Of a DNA stretch of 64,000 bases, positions 1 through 11,584 are shown in pieces (position 1 is the first letter of the stretch; each line of letters begins with the position of its first letter). The position numbers and the translations under genes were made by a program. Below the pieces are notes generated by a model. The model was not told the origin of the DNA, made no database searches, and saw only the letters and a program-made list of their open reading frames with translations. The stretch is from Mobula hypostoma (lineage: Eukaryota), in the NCBI RefSeq assembly GCF_963921235.1, contig NC_086097.1, positions 253,086,001-253,150,000 on the forward strand. The letters run 5' to 3'.

Positions 1-280
1 GCTACAGGAGCCTCCGCTCCCGCACCAGCAGACACAGGAAGAGCTTCTTCCCTGAGGCTGTGACCCTGCTGAACCTCACACCACAGCGCTAAGCAGTATT
101 GCACCCATATTGTACTGTCTCAGTACTTTTATATTTGTGTGCTGTAGCACTTACTTTTTATTCGCAGTTATTTTGTAAATAATAGTATTATTTTTCACTT
201 CTGGTCAGATGCTAATTGCATTTCATTGGCTTTGTATCTGTACTCAGCACAATGACAATAAAGTTGAATCTAATCTAATC
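1..280 (+). mobile_element. Rex1/Babar-like LINE, 3' end
   Basis: Translates YRSLRSRTSRHRKSFFPEAVTLLN (typical Rex1-type C-terminus); AT-rich 3'UTR, AATAAA, (ctaat)n tail ending ~280. Confidence 0.75.
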
Positions 281-923
281 ACAGGTAGATAGGGTAGTTA
301 GGAAAACTTATGGGGCGTTAGCTTTCATAAGTCGAGGGATAGAGTTTAAGAGTTGCGATGTAATGATGTGGCTCTATAAAACTCTGGTTAGGCCACACTT
401 GGAGTACTGTGTCCAGTTCTGGTCGCCTCACTATAAGAAGGATGTGGAAGCATTGGAAAGGGTACAGAGGAGATTTACCAGGATGCTGCCTGGTTTAGAG
501 AGTACGCATTATGATCAGAGATTAAGGGAGCTAGGACTTTACTCTTTGGAGAGAAGGAGGATGAGAGGAGACATGATAGAGGTATACAAGATAATAAGAG
601 GAATAGATAGAGTGGATAGTCAGCGTCTCTTCCCCAGGGCACCACTGCTCAATACAAGAGGACATAGCTTTAAGGTAAGGGGTGGGAAGTTCAAGGGGGA
701 TATTAGAGGAAGGTTTTTTACTCAGAGAGTGGTTGGTGCGTGGAGTACACTGCCTGAGTCAGTGGTGGAGGCAGATACACTAGTGAAGTTTAAGAGACTA
801 CTAGATGGGTATATGGAGGAATTTAAGGTGGGGGCTTATATGGGAGGCAGGGTTTGAGGGTTGGCACAACATTGTGGGCCGAAGGGCCTGTACTGTGTTG
901 TACTATTCTATGTTCTATGTTCT
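281..923 (+). mobile_element. CR1 LINE 3' fragment, young subfamily B
   Basis: ORF 363-857 LVRPHLEYCVQFWSP...FFTQRVV; (ttctatg)n tail ~906-923; near-identical to 44746-45153 and 49320-51258. Confidence 0.95.
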
Positions 924-924
924 A

Positions 925-3455
925 ATAAGAAACAACCTCTCCACATCCACTTTAATAAAGCTTTTCACCATTCAATAGGTTTCAATTAGGTCATTCCTCA
1001 TTCTTCTGAATTCCAGATCCCAGAGCCATCAAACACTCTTCATTTGACAAGCCGTTGGATCCAGGAATCCTTTTCGTGAACCTCCTCAGAGCCCTCTACA
1101 GTTTCAACACATCCTTTCTAAGCTAAGGGGCTCAAAACTGCTCACAACGCTCCAAGTGAGGCCTTACCAGTGCTTTATAAAGTCTCAACCTCCTTGCTTC
1201 TAGTCCTCTTCAAATGAATGCTAACATTCCATTTGCCTTCTTCACCACAGACTCAACCTGCAAATGCTTGTTAAGCAGCCTCATGTGTGGCTCTTTGTCA
1301 AAGTCCTTCTGAAAATCCAAGTGCAACATCAAACGATTCTTCTTTGTCTATGGTGCTTACTATTTCTTCAAAGAATTACAACAGATTTGTCAGGCAAGAT
1401 TTTCCCTTGAGGAAACCATTCTGACTATAGCTTATTTTATCATGTGCCTCCAAGTACCCTGAAACCTCATCCTTAACAATCGACTCCAATGCCTTCCCAA
1501 CCACTGAGGTCAGACTAACTGGCCTATAGTTTCCTTTCTTCCACTTCTCTTGAAGAGTGAAGTAACATTTGTAATTGTCCATTCTTCCCGAAACATTCCA
1601 GAATCTAATGATTCTTGAAAGATCATTACTAATACCTCCATGATCTCTTCAGCCACCTCTTTCAGAACTCTGGGGTGTACACCCTCAGGTCCAGGTGACT
1701 TATCTACCTTCAGACCTTTCAGTTTCCCAAGAACCTTCTCTCTAGTTATGGTAACTTCACACACTTCATGACCCCGTGTCACCCAGAACTTCCACCATAC
1801 TTCTGCTGTCTCCCATCCTGAAGACTGATGCAAAATACTTATTCAGTTCGTCTGCCATTTCCTTGTCTTCCATTACTACCTCTCCAGCATCATTTTCCTA
1901 CGATCTGATATCCGCTCTCACCTCTCTTTTACACTTTATGTACTGTATCTGAAGAAACTTTTGGTATTTTCTTTACTATTACTGGTTAGCTTAGTTTTAT
2001 ATTCTATCTTTACCTTCTTAACGACATTTCCAATTGCCAACAGTTGGCTTTTAAAAGCTTCCCAATCCTTGAACTTCCCACTAATTTTTGCTCTATTATA
2101 TGCCCTCTCTTTGGCTTTTATGTTGGCTTCGATTTCTCTTATTAGTCCGATATCCACTCTCACTTCTTTTTTGCACTTTATGTACCTGAAGAAACTTTTG
2201 GTATCCTCTTTAATACTTAATACTATTGGCAAGCTTACTTTTGTATTCCATCTTTACCTTTTTAGTGACTTTTTTAGTTACATTCTGTTGATTTTTAAAA
2301 GCTTCCCAATCCTCTAAGTTCCCATTAATATTTTCTCTCTTATATGCCTTCATCTTTGTTAGCCACGGTTGTGTCATCTTCCCTTTAGAATACTTCTTCT
2401 TCTTTGGGATGCATATACCCTATGCCTTCCAAATTGTATCCAGAAATTCCAGCCATTTCAGCTCTGCCGTCATCCCTGCCAGTGTTCTCTTCCAATTAAT
2501 TTTGGCCATCTCCTCTCTCATGCTTCTGTAATTCCTTTTACTGTACTGTAATACTGATACATCCAATTTTAGCTTCTCCTTCTCAAATTTCAGAGTGAAT
2601 TCTATCATAGTATGATCGTTCTCCTCTAATGGTCTTTTACCTTAAGCTCTCTAATCAATTCCAGGTCATTATACAACACCCAGTCCAGAATAACTGATTT
2701 CCTAGTGGGCTCAATCTCGAGTTGCTCTAAAAAACCATCTCATAGACATTCTAGAAATGTCCCCTTTTGGAATGCAGCACCAACCTGATTATCCCAATCT
2801 GCATATTGAAATCCCCTATGACTATTGTAACATTGCCCTTTTGGCATGTATTTTCTATCTCCCTTTGTAATTTGTAGGCCACATCCTTACTACTGTTTGG
2901 GGGGTCTGTATACAACTCCCGTCAGAGTCTTTTTACCCTTGCAGTTCCTTAGCTCTATCCAAAATGATTCAACACCTTCTGCCCATACGTCACCTCCTTC
3001 TAATGATCTGATTTCATTTCTTACCAACAGAGCAATGCTGCCCCTCTGGCTTCCAGCCCGTCCTTTTCATACAATGTGTATACCTGGACGTAAAGCTCCC
3101 AGCTATAATCTTCTTTCAGCCATGATTCAGTGATGCCCACAACATCACACCCGCTAATCTGCAACTGTACTACAAGTTCATCTACCTTATTCCATATACT
3201 GCGCACATTCAAATATAACACCTTCAGCCCTGTATTTGCCCTTTCGAATTTTGTCCACCTTTTACATCACAACACTTCCTGTCGACTGCAATTTCGCCCA
3301 TCATGCGAGGAGTCTCACTACACATTGTCTCTGCTCATAAACCAGCTACCTCATCACTAAACCAACTACACTATCACTTCGGTTCCCATCCCCCTGCTGA
3401 ACTAAACCCACTCGAACAACTCTAGCCAATCTGCCTGCCAGGATATTGGACCCAT
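925..3455 (-). mobile_element. Degraded CR1 LINE (end of ORF1, APE endonuclease, RT)
   Basis: Minus ORFs LYLNVRSIWNKVDEL (EN), DKSPGPEGVHPRVLKE, NYRPVSLTSVVGK, GKSCLTNL; many stops and deletions; internal ~240 bp tandem duplication. Confidence 0.9.
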
Positions 3456-3469
3456 AATATAAAGCAAAA

Positions 3470-3935
3470 TCCCTCTAGTCCTAGACAGCCCCACTATTGG
3501 AAACATCCTCTCCACATCCACTTTATCTAAGTCTTTCAAGATGTGATGTTTCGTTGAAAATCCCCCCTCATTCTTATAAACTCCGGTGAGTGAAAACCCT
3601 GTACTATCAATGCATGATACTGTTGGGAAGGGTATGGTCATGCATTTTAGAAGAAGAAATGAAAGGTTGACTACTTTCTAACAGGTGAAAAATTCAAAAA
3701 TCTGAGTTACAAAGGGACTTGGGAGAATTAATGCAGCATTCCCTTAAGCTTAACTTGCAGGTCAAGCAAGAGGTAAGGCAGGGTAAATGCAACGTCAGCA
3801 TTTATTTCCAGAGGATTAGAATATAAAAGCAAAGACATAATGCTGAGACTTTGTAAGGCACAGCTAAGACCTCACTTGGAGTATTGTAAGCATTTTTGGG
3901 CCACTTATCTAAGAAAGGATGTACTGACATCAGAG
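3470..3935. mobile_element. CR1 fragment with internal inversion (3470-3615 minus, 3620-3935 plus)
   Basis: Minus part covers the LGLYSLE..SRTRG region; plus part covers the VMHF..RKDVLT region. Confidence 0.75.
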
Positions 3936-4405
3936 TCAGAATCAGAATCCCGTTTATTATCACCGACATGTGACATGAAATTTGTTAACTTAGCAGCGGC
4001 AGTTCAATGCAATACATAATATAGAAGAGAAAATACACAAAATAAAATAATAATAATAAATAAATAAGTTAATTTATATGTATATTGAATAGATTTAAAA
4101 TTGTGCAAAAAATAGCAAAAATATATTTTAAAAAGTGAGGGATTGTTCAAGGGTTCAATATCCATTTAGGAATCTGATGGCAGAGGGGAAGAAGCTGTTC
4201 CTGAATCACTGAATGTGTGCCTTCAGGCTTCTGTATCTCCTACCTGATGGTAACAGTGAGAAAAGGACATGCCCTGGGTACTGGAGGTCATTAATATTTG
4301 ACGCTGCCTTTCTGAGACACCGCTCCCTGAAGATGTCCTGGGTACTTTGTTGGCTGGTACCCAAGATGGAGCTGGCAAAATTTAGAACCCTCTGCAGCTT
4401 CTTTC
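3933..4405 (-). mobile_element. Rex1/Babar-like LINE, 3' end
   Basis: (cagaat)n tail at left; homologous to 43320-43805 on the opposite strand. Confidence 0.85.
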
Positions 4406-4479
4406 AGAAGGGAAAAAAACTTCTTAAAATGTTGAATAAGGGTCTTCAGGCTTTCCTTCTCATTACTATCAACAGGAAA

Positions 4480-4885
4480 GTAATCAATATTGTTTAATGT
4501 CATTTCCGGTTTACCAGTGTAAAGAAAAAAATAATTGTTACTCCAGATCTAATGCAGCACAAAAAAACACAATAAAATAAAGAACACAATAATCATTTAA
4601 AAAATACAAAACATATAAATACATAAGAAAGCTTAAATATATTGATTCTATGTCCATAAAATGATGCTAGGCATGTCTGTACAGAAGGTGACTCGGACAG
4701 GGAATGATAAAGTAGTGGTGGTTGGGGGTGTGGAGGGGTGAGTTAGTGGGTGGAGGTGTTGATCAGTCTCACTGCTTGGGGAAAGTATCTGTTTTTGAGT
4801 CTGATGGTCCTGGTGTGGATGCTACGTAGCCTCCTCCCTGATGGGAGTGGGACAAACAATCCATGAGCAGGGTAGGTGGGATCTT
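4480..4885 (-). mobile_element. Rex1/Babar-like 3' fragment
   Basis: Reverse complement of LPSGRRLRSI-type C-terminus (cgtagcctcctccctgatggg) plus AT-rich 3'UTR. Confidence 0.6.
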
Positions 4886-5129
4886 ACCTGAGAAGAGCAT
4901 TAATAACTATTATTATCTTTAGAAACATAAATTATAATTTGGAATGTAGCACAATTTGCATAATTGATTGAATTATCACTGGTGCATTTGAAGTGCATCT
5001 TAGTTATATTTAATAATCTTCTTTTTCATATTTGTAACAGGAAAACTACATGACAATAATTTAAAAGGCTGCCCCCATGTGGTAAAAGGTCAGGTTTAAT
5101 GCTTTTTTTCCCAAATTATTCTGCACTCA

Positions 5130-5582
5130 GTGTTACACCTGTCCACCGGCTCGTTAGTGCAAATATCTAATCTGCCAATCACGTGGCAGTAACTCAATGC
5201 ATACAAGCATGTAGACATGGTCACGAGGTTCAGTTGTTGTTCAGGCCAAACATCAGACTGTGGTCTAAGTGACTGACTGTGGAATGATTGGTGGTGCCAG
5301 ATGAGGTGGTTTGAGTATCTGAAAAACTGCTGATCTCCTGGAATTTTCACACACAACAGTCTCTAGACATTACAGAGAATAATGCAAAAAAAAACAAAAA
5401 AAAAATCCAGTGAGCAGCAATTCTTTGGACAAAACACCTCATTAATGAGAGACGTCAGGGGAAAATGGCCGGACTTGTTCAAGCTGACAGGAAGGTGACA
5501 GTAACTCAGATAACCACGTGCTGCAACAGTGGTAGGTTGGAGAGCATCTCTGAACACACAACTCATCAAACTTTGAAGTGGA
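5130..5582 (+). mobile_element. Tc1-like DNA transposon remnant (transposase N-terminal HTH)
   Basis: Disrupted translation GAR*GGLSI*KTADLLG/FSHTTVSR...MAGLVQADRKVTVTQITT...SISEHTTHQTLK; homologous to 31110-31560. Confidence 0.8.
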
Positions 5583-5595
5583 ATCACAATCATGA

Positions 5596-5660
5596 GAAAA
5601 TCTGCAGATGCCAGTCCTGATGAAGGGTTTCACCCTGAAACATCGACTGTTTATTCCTCT
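5596..5660 (+). ncRNA. Penelope-derived short repeat with minimal hammerhead ribozyme motif
   Basis: cagtc-CTGATGA(5617-5623)-aggg/ccct-GAAA(5637-5640)-catc-gactg; stem I cagtc/gactg. Confidence 0.7.
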
Positions 5661-5664
5661 AAGG

Positions 5665-5897
5665 GTTACATGACGAGGAACTTCGTCATTCAGAGGGTGA
5701 TGAGAGTGTCAAATGAGCTGCCAGCACAAGCAGTAGTTGTGGTTTGATTTCAACACTTAAGAGGTATATGGATGGGAAGGGTATGGAGGGCTATGGTCCG
5801 GGTTCAGGTCGATGACACTAGGGAGAATAACAAGTGAGCACAAACTAGATGGGCCAAAGATCATGTTTCTGTGCTCTCGTGTTCTATGACTCTATGA
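5665..5897 (+). mobile_element. Old CR1 3' end
   Basis: cagagggtgatgagagtg..aatgagctgccag; (ctatga)n tail. Confidence 0.7.
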
Positions 5898-5974
5898 CAT
5901 TCTCATGGTATCCACCTTGTGAAGTGATAATCCAACAACATTCACAAGCAAAGTTGTCTTCCCCCCACCCTGAC

Positions 5975-6490
5975 TCCGAATCACTGGCATGTGTCATGAG
6001 ATGGGATGATCTGTGACAGCAGTACAGTGCATAATAAAAATGTATAATTTACAGTCGGATATACAAACATTTGTACATGTAAATGAAATTAAATAATTAG
6101 TGCAAAAAGAGAGAGAAAAATTATAGTGAGGTAGTGTTCAAGGGTTCACTGTCCATTCAGAAATCTGATGGTGGAGGGGAAAAGCCATTCCTGAAATGTT
6201 GAGTGTGTGGCGTCAGGCTCCTGTACCTCTCCCTGTTGAGAAGAGGGCATGTCCTGGGTGACAGGGGTCCTTTTGGAGGCTTTGCCATTTCGAAGGTGTC
6301 CTCCACGCTGGAGAGACTATGCCCATGAGAGACTTGGCTGAGTTCACAATTCTCTGCAGATTTTCCCAATCCTGTGCAGAGGATTCTCCATACCAGATAT
6401 TGATGCAACCAATGAGAATGCCTTCCATGGTACATCTGTAGAAATTTGCTGTGACAAAGCAAAATCTCAAAATCCTAATGAAAAATAGCC
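5975..6490 (-). mobile_element. Rex1/Babar-like 3' fragment
   Basis: Minus ORFs FYRCTMEGILIGCINIWYG, KDPCHPGHALFS, RYRSL..QHFRNGF. Confidence 0.85.
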
Positions 6491-9400
6491 ACTGATTAGG
6501 CCGAATCAAGTGGCAAACATCATTCACCAAAATCTTGCTTTAAAATGCAAACTTATAAAATAAACTATAATTTACCGTGAATACAAACTTAATCCAGTTT
6601 TAGAAACATGGAAACACAGAAAACCTACAGCGCAATACAGGCTCTTTGGCCCACAGAGCTGTGCCTAACACATCCTTGCCTTAGAAATTACCTAGGGTTA
6701 CCCATAGCCCTCTATTTTTCTAAGCTCCATGTACCTGTCCAGGAGTCTCATAAAAGACCCTATCGTATCTGCCTCCACCACCGTTGCTGGCAGCCTATTC
6801 CACACACTCACCACTCTCTGCGTAAAAAACTTACCCCTGACGTCTCCTCTGTACCTACTTCCAAGCACCTTAAAACTGTGCCCTCTTGTGCTAGCCATTT
6901 CAGCCTTGGGAAAAATCCTCTGACTATCCACACGATCAATGCCTCTCATTATCTTATACACCTCTATCAGGTCACCTCTCATTCTCCATCGCTCCAAGGA
7001 GAAAAGGCCAAGTTCACTCAACCTGTTTTCATAAGGCATGCTCCCCAATCCAGGCAACATCCTTGTAAATCTCCTCTGCACCCTTTCTATGGTTTCCACA
7101 TCCTTCCTGTAGTGAGGCGACCAGAACTGAGCACAGTACTCCAAATGGGGTCTGACCAGGATTTTATATAGCTGCAACATTACCTCTCGGCTCCTAAATT
7201 CAATCCCACGGTTAATGAAGGCCAATACACTGTATGCCTTCTTAGTCACAGCGTCAACCTGCACAGCTGCTTTGAACGTACTATGGACTCGGACCCCAAG
7301 ATCTCTCTGATCCTCCACACTGCCAGGAGTCCTACCATTAATACTACCTTCTGCCATCATATTTGACCTACCAAAATGAACCCCCTCTCACTTATCTGTG
7401 TTGAACTCCATCTGCCACTTCTCAGCCCAGTTTTGCATCCTATCAATGTCCCACTGTAACCTCTGACAGCCCTCCACACTATCCACAACACCTTCAACCT
7501 TTGTGTCATCAGCAAACTTACTAACCCATCTCTCCACTTCCTCATCCAGGTCATTTATAAAAATCACGAAGAGTAAGGGTCCCAGAACAGATCCCTAAAG
7601 CACACCACTGGTCACCAACCTCCATGCACAAAATGACCTGTCTACAACCACACTTTGCCTTCTGCGGGTAAACCAATTCTGGATTCACAAAGCGATGTCC
7701 CCTTGGATCCCATGCCTCCTTACTTTCTCAATGAGCCTTGCATGGGGTCCCTTATCAAATGCCTTGCTGAAATCCATAGATCTACTGCTCTACTTTTATC
7801 AATGTGTTTAGTCATATCCTCAAAAAGTTCAATCATAAGGCATGACTTGCCTTTCACAAAGCCATGCTGACTATTCATAGTCATATTATGCCTCTCCAAA
7901 TGTTCATAAATCCTGCCTCTCAGGATCTTTTCCATCAATCTTACCAACCACTGAAGTAAGACTCATTGGTCTATAATTCCCTGGGCTATCTTTACTCCCT
8001 CTCTTGAATAAGGGAATAACACCTTCAACCCTCTAATCCTCCAGAACCTCTCCTTTCCCCATTGATGATGCAAAGATCATCGCCAGAGGCTCAGCAATCT
8101 CCTCCCTCACCTCCCACAGTAGCCTGGGGTACATCTCATCCAGCCCCGGTGACTTATCCAACTTGATGCTTTCGGAAAGCTCCAGCACATCCTCTTTCTT
8201 AATATCTACATTCTAAAGCTTTTCAGTCCACTGCAAATCATCCTTACAATCGCCAAGATCCTTTTCCATAGTGAATACTGAAGCAAAGTACTCATTAAGT
8301 GCCTCTGCTATTCCCTCCGGTTCCATACACACTTTTCCACTGTCACATTTGATTGGTCCTATTCTCTCACATCTTATCCTCTTGCTCTGCACATACTTGT
8401 AGAATGCCTTGGGGCTTTTCTTAACCTTGCCAGCCAAGGCCTTCTCATGGCTCCTTTTGTCTCTCCTAATTTCATTCTTATGTTCCTTCCTGCTAGCCTT
8501 ATAATCTTCCAGATCTCTATCATTACCCAGTTTTTTGAACCTTCCATAAGCTTTTCTTTTCTTCTTGACTAGATTTACAGCAGCCTTTGTACACTATGGT
8601 TCCTGTACCCTACCATCCTTTCCACGTCTCATTAGAACGTACCTATGCAGAACGCCAACAAATATCCCCTGAACATTTGCTGTATATTTCCCTGAGAACA
8701 TCTGCTCCCAATTTATGCTTCCAAGTTCCTACCTGATAGCCTCATATTTCCCCTTACTCCAATTAAACACTTTCCTAACTTGTTTGTTCCTATCCCTCTC
8801 CAATGCTATGGTAAAGGAGATAGAATTGTGATCACTATCTCCAAAGTGCTCTCCCACCGAGAGATATGACACCTGACTAGGTTCATTTCCCAATACCAGA
8901 TCAAGTACAGTCTCTCTTCTTGTAGGTTTATCTACATATTGTGTCAAGAAACCTTCTTGAACACACCCAACAAACTCCATCCCATCTAAACCCCTTGCTC
9001 TAAGGAGATGCCAATCAATATTTGTGAAATTAAAATCTCCCACTACGACAATCCTGTTATTATTACACCTTTCCAGAATCTGTCTCACTATCTGCTCCTT
9101 GATGTCCCTGTTACTATTGGGTGGTCTATAAAAAACACCCTGCAGAGTTATTGACCCCTTCCTGTTCCTAACTTCCACCCACAGAGACTCCGTAGACAAT
9201 CCCTCCATGACTTCCTCCTTTTCTGCAGCCGTGACACCATCTCTGATCAACAGTGCCACACCCCCACCTCTTTTGCCTCCCTCCCTGTCCTTTCTGAAAC
9301 ATCTAAAGCCTGACACTCGAAGTAACCATTCCTGCCCCTGAGCCTTCCAAGACTCTGTAATGGCCACAACATCATAGCTCCAAGTACTGATCCACACTTT

Positions 9401-10190
9401 AAACTCATCTACTTTGTTCATTATACCCCTTGCATTAAAATAGACACATCTCAAACCACTGGTCTGAGTGCGTCCCTTCTCTATCATCTGCCTATCTTCC
9501 CTTTCGCACTTTCTCCTGTGAGCCCAGCACCCCTTCCTCCGTCTCTTCAGTTCAGTTCCCACCCACCAGCAATTCTAGTTTAAACTCTCCCCAGTAGCTT
9601 TAGCAAACCTCCCTGTCAGGATATTGGTCCCCCTGGGATTCAAGTGCAACCCATCCTTTTGGTACAGGTCACACCTGCCCCAAATGAGGTCCCAATGATC
9701 CAGAAATCTGAATCCCTGCCCCCTGCTCCAATCCCTCAGTGACATATTTATCCTCCACCTCACTCTATTCCTATACTCACTGTCACGTGGCACAGGCAGT
9801 AATCCCGAGATTACTACCTTTGAGGTCCTGCCTCTCAACTTCCTTCCTAACTCCCTGTAGTCTGTTTTCAGGACCTCCTCCTTTTCCTACCTATGTCATT
9901 GGTACCAATATGTACCACAACCTCTGGCTGTTCTCCCTCCCACTGCAGGATATCGTGGACATGATCAGAAACATCCCGGACCCTGGCACCTGGGAGGCAA
10001 ACTACCATCCGAGTTTCTTTCCTGCAACCACAGAATTGCCTATCTGACCCCATAAGTCAATTAGAGTCAATCACAGAAAGACACAATACTGAATACCACT
10101 AAAATAGTCCGAAAGTTCCTCAAAATTGAGGAATGAGTGTGCTTGGCTTTGCTCATACCTCAGGTATTACCAGCTTGAGCTCAGAAAACA
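6490..10190 (+). mobile_element. R4/Dong-like RLE LINE copy A (pieces 6490-6600 and ~10060-10190), split by CR1
   Basis: 6490-6600 (NQVANIIHQNLALK) is homologous to 11230-11340; 10070-10190 is homologous to the 3' end of copy B at 14995-15110. Confidence 0.75.
6601..10053 (-). mobile_element. CR1 LINE subfamily D, 5'-truncated within ORF1
   Basis: ORF1 esterase (HIGTND, DGLHLN; 9575-10053), APE EN (8729-9562), fragmented RT, C-terminus 6698-7360; catagaaa-like tail at left. Confidence 0.95.
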
Positions 10191-10524
10191 TTAAAAAAAA
10201 TAATCCGCCAAACTGAACTTAATAGTAAAAATAAAAGGCAATAAATAGATTCGCTATAACTATATAAATATATTTTTTTGGCATAATACCTGAGTCTGAA
10301 ACTGATCTGGCATATTTACAAAGAAATATAAGAACAGAAATGACAAATTTCAGGAAACATTATGTGCTCTCAAACACACTTAGATAAACACTATCTCAGA
10401 CATGTGGAGGAAAAGGAATAGCAGATATTAAATTCAGATGAAACTCCAAAGGATATATTTTTATCAATGCAAACAAGATTCAGCACTCCACACAAGCATA
10501 TGCAATTGTGTTAAAATTGAAGAA

Positions 10525-11070
10525 AAACATAGAAACATAGAAAATAGGTGCAGGAGTAGGCCATTCGGCCCTTCGAGCCTGCACCGCCATTTATTATGAT
10601 CATGGCTGATCATCCAACTCAGAACCCCGCCCCAGCCTTCCCTCCATACCCCCTGATCCCCGTAGCCACAAGGGCCATATCTAACTCCCTCTTAAACATA
10701 GCCAATGAACTGGCCTCAACTGTTTCCTGTGGCAGAGAATTCCACAGATTCACCACTCTCTGTGTGAAGAAGTTTTTCCTAATCTCAGTCCTAAAAGGCT
10801 TCCCCTCTATCCTCAAACTGTGACCCCTCGTTCTGGACTTCCCCAACATCGGGAAAAATCTTCCTGCATCTAGCCTGTCCAATCCCTTTAGGATCTTATA
10901 CATTTCAATCAGATCCCCCCTCAATCTTCTAAATTCCAACGAGTACAAGCCCAGTTCATCCAGTCTTTCTTCATATGAAAGTCCTGCCATCCCAGGAATC
11001 AATCTGGTGAACCTTCTTTGTACTCCCTCTATGGCAAAGATGTCTTTCCTCAGATTAGGGGACCAAAACT
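10525..11070 (-). mobile_element. CR1 subfamily A (young), 3' fragment
   Basis: ORF 10619-11002; (catagaaa)n tail; near-identical to the other A copies. Confidence 0.95.
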
Positions 11071-11190
11071 GTTTCCCCGCATCTTTGTTTCAAATGGATG
11101 CCCCTCTATCCTGAGGCTGTGCCCTCTTGTCCTAGACTCCCCCACCATGGGAAACAGCCTTTCCACATCCACTCTGTTTCAGCCTTTCAA
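11070..11190 (-). mobile_element. Short CR1 fragment
   Basis: Reverse complement of the [13 protein letters not shown] region. Confidence 0.7.
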
Positions 11191-11584
11191 CATTACACGG
11201 TCCTGCAGCAGTTTAACTCAATCTGATTACTTACACAGGCCCAATCAAGTAGCAAACATCATTCACTAAAAACTTGCTTTAAAATATAAATTCATAAAGT
11301 AAACCATATCTTACTACAAAAACAAGCTTGATCCAGTTGTTTCAGAGTCAGAGCCCTACAGATTATATTACAATCAATTACACATAGGACAATCCATAAT
11401 AACTGTCTGGACATAATATTTCAGGAAAAAACAAGCAGGAACAATTTACTTAATAGATACAGCCATTCCAAGCACACACAACACACAGAAATCAATCAGT
11501 GAAAAACATCAGAAGTATGCTGAACTAATAGAGGAAATGAAAAACTCTGGAACGTGAACGGCACATTGTCCTGATAGTAATATC

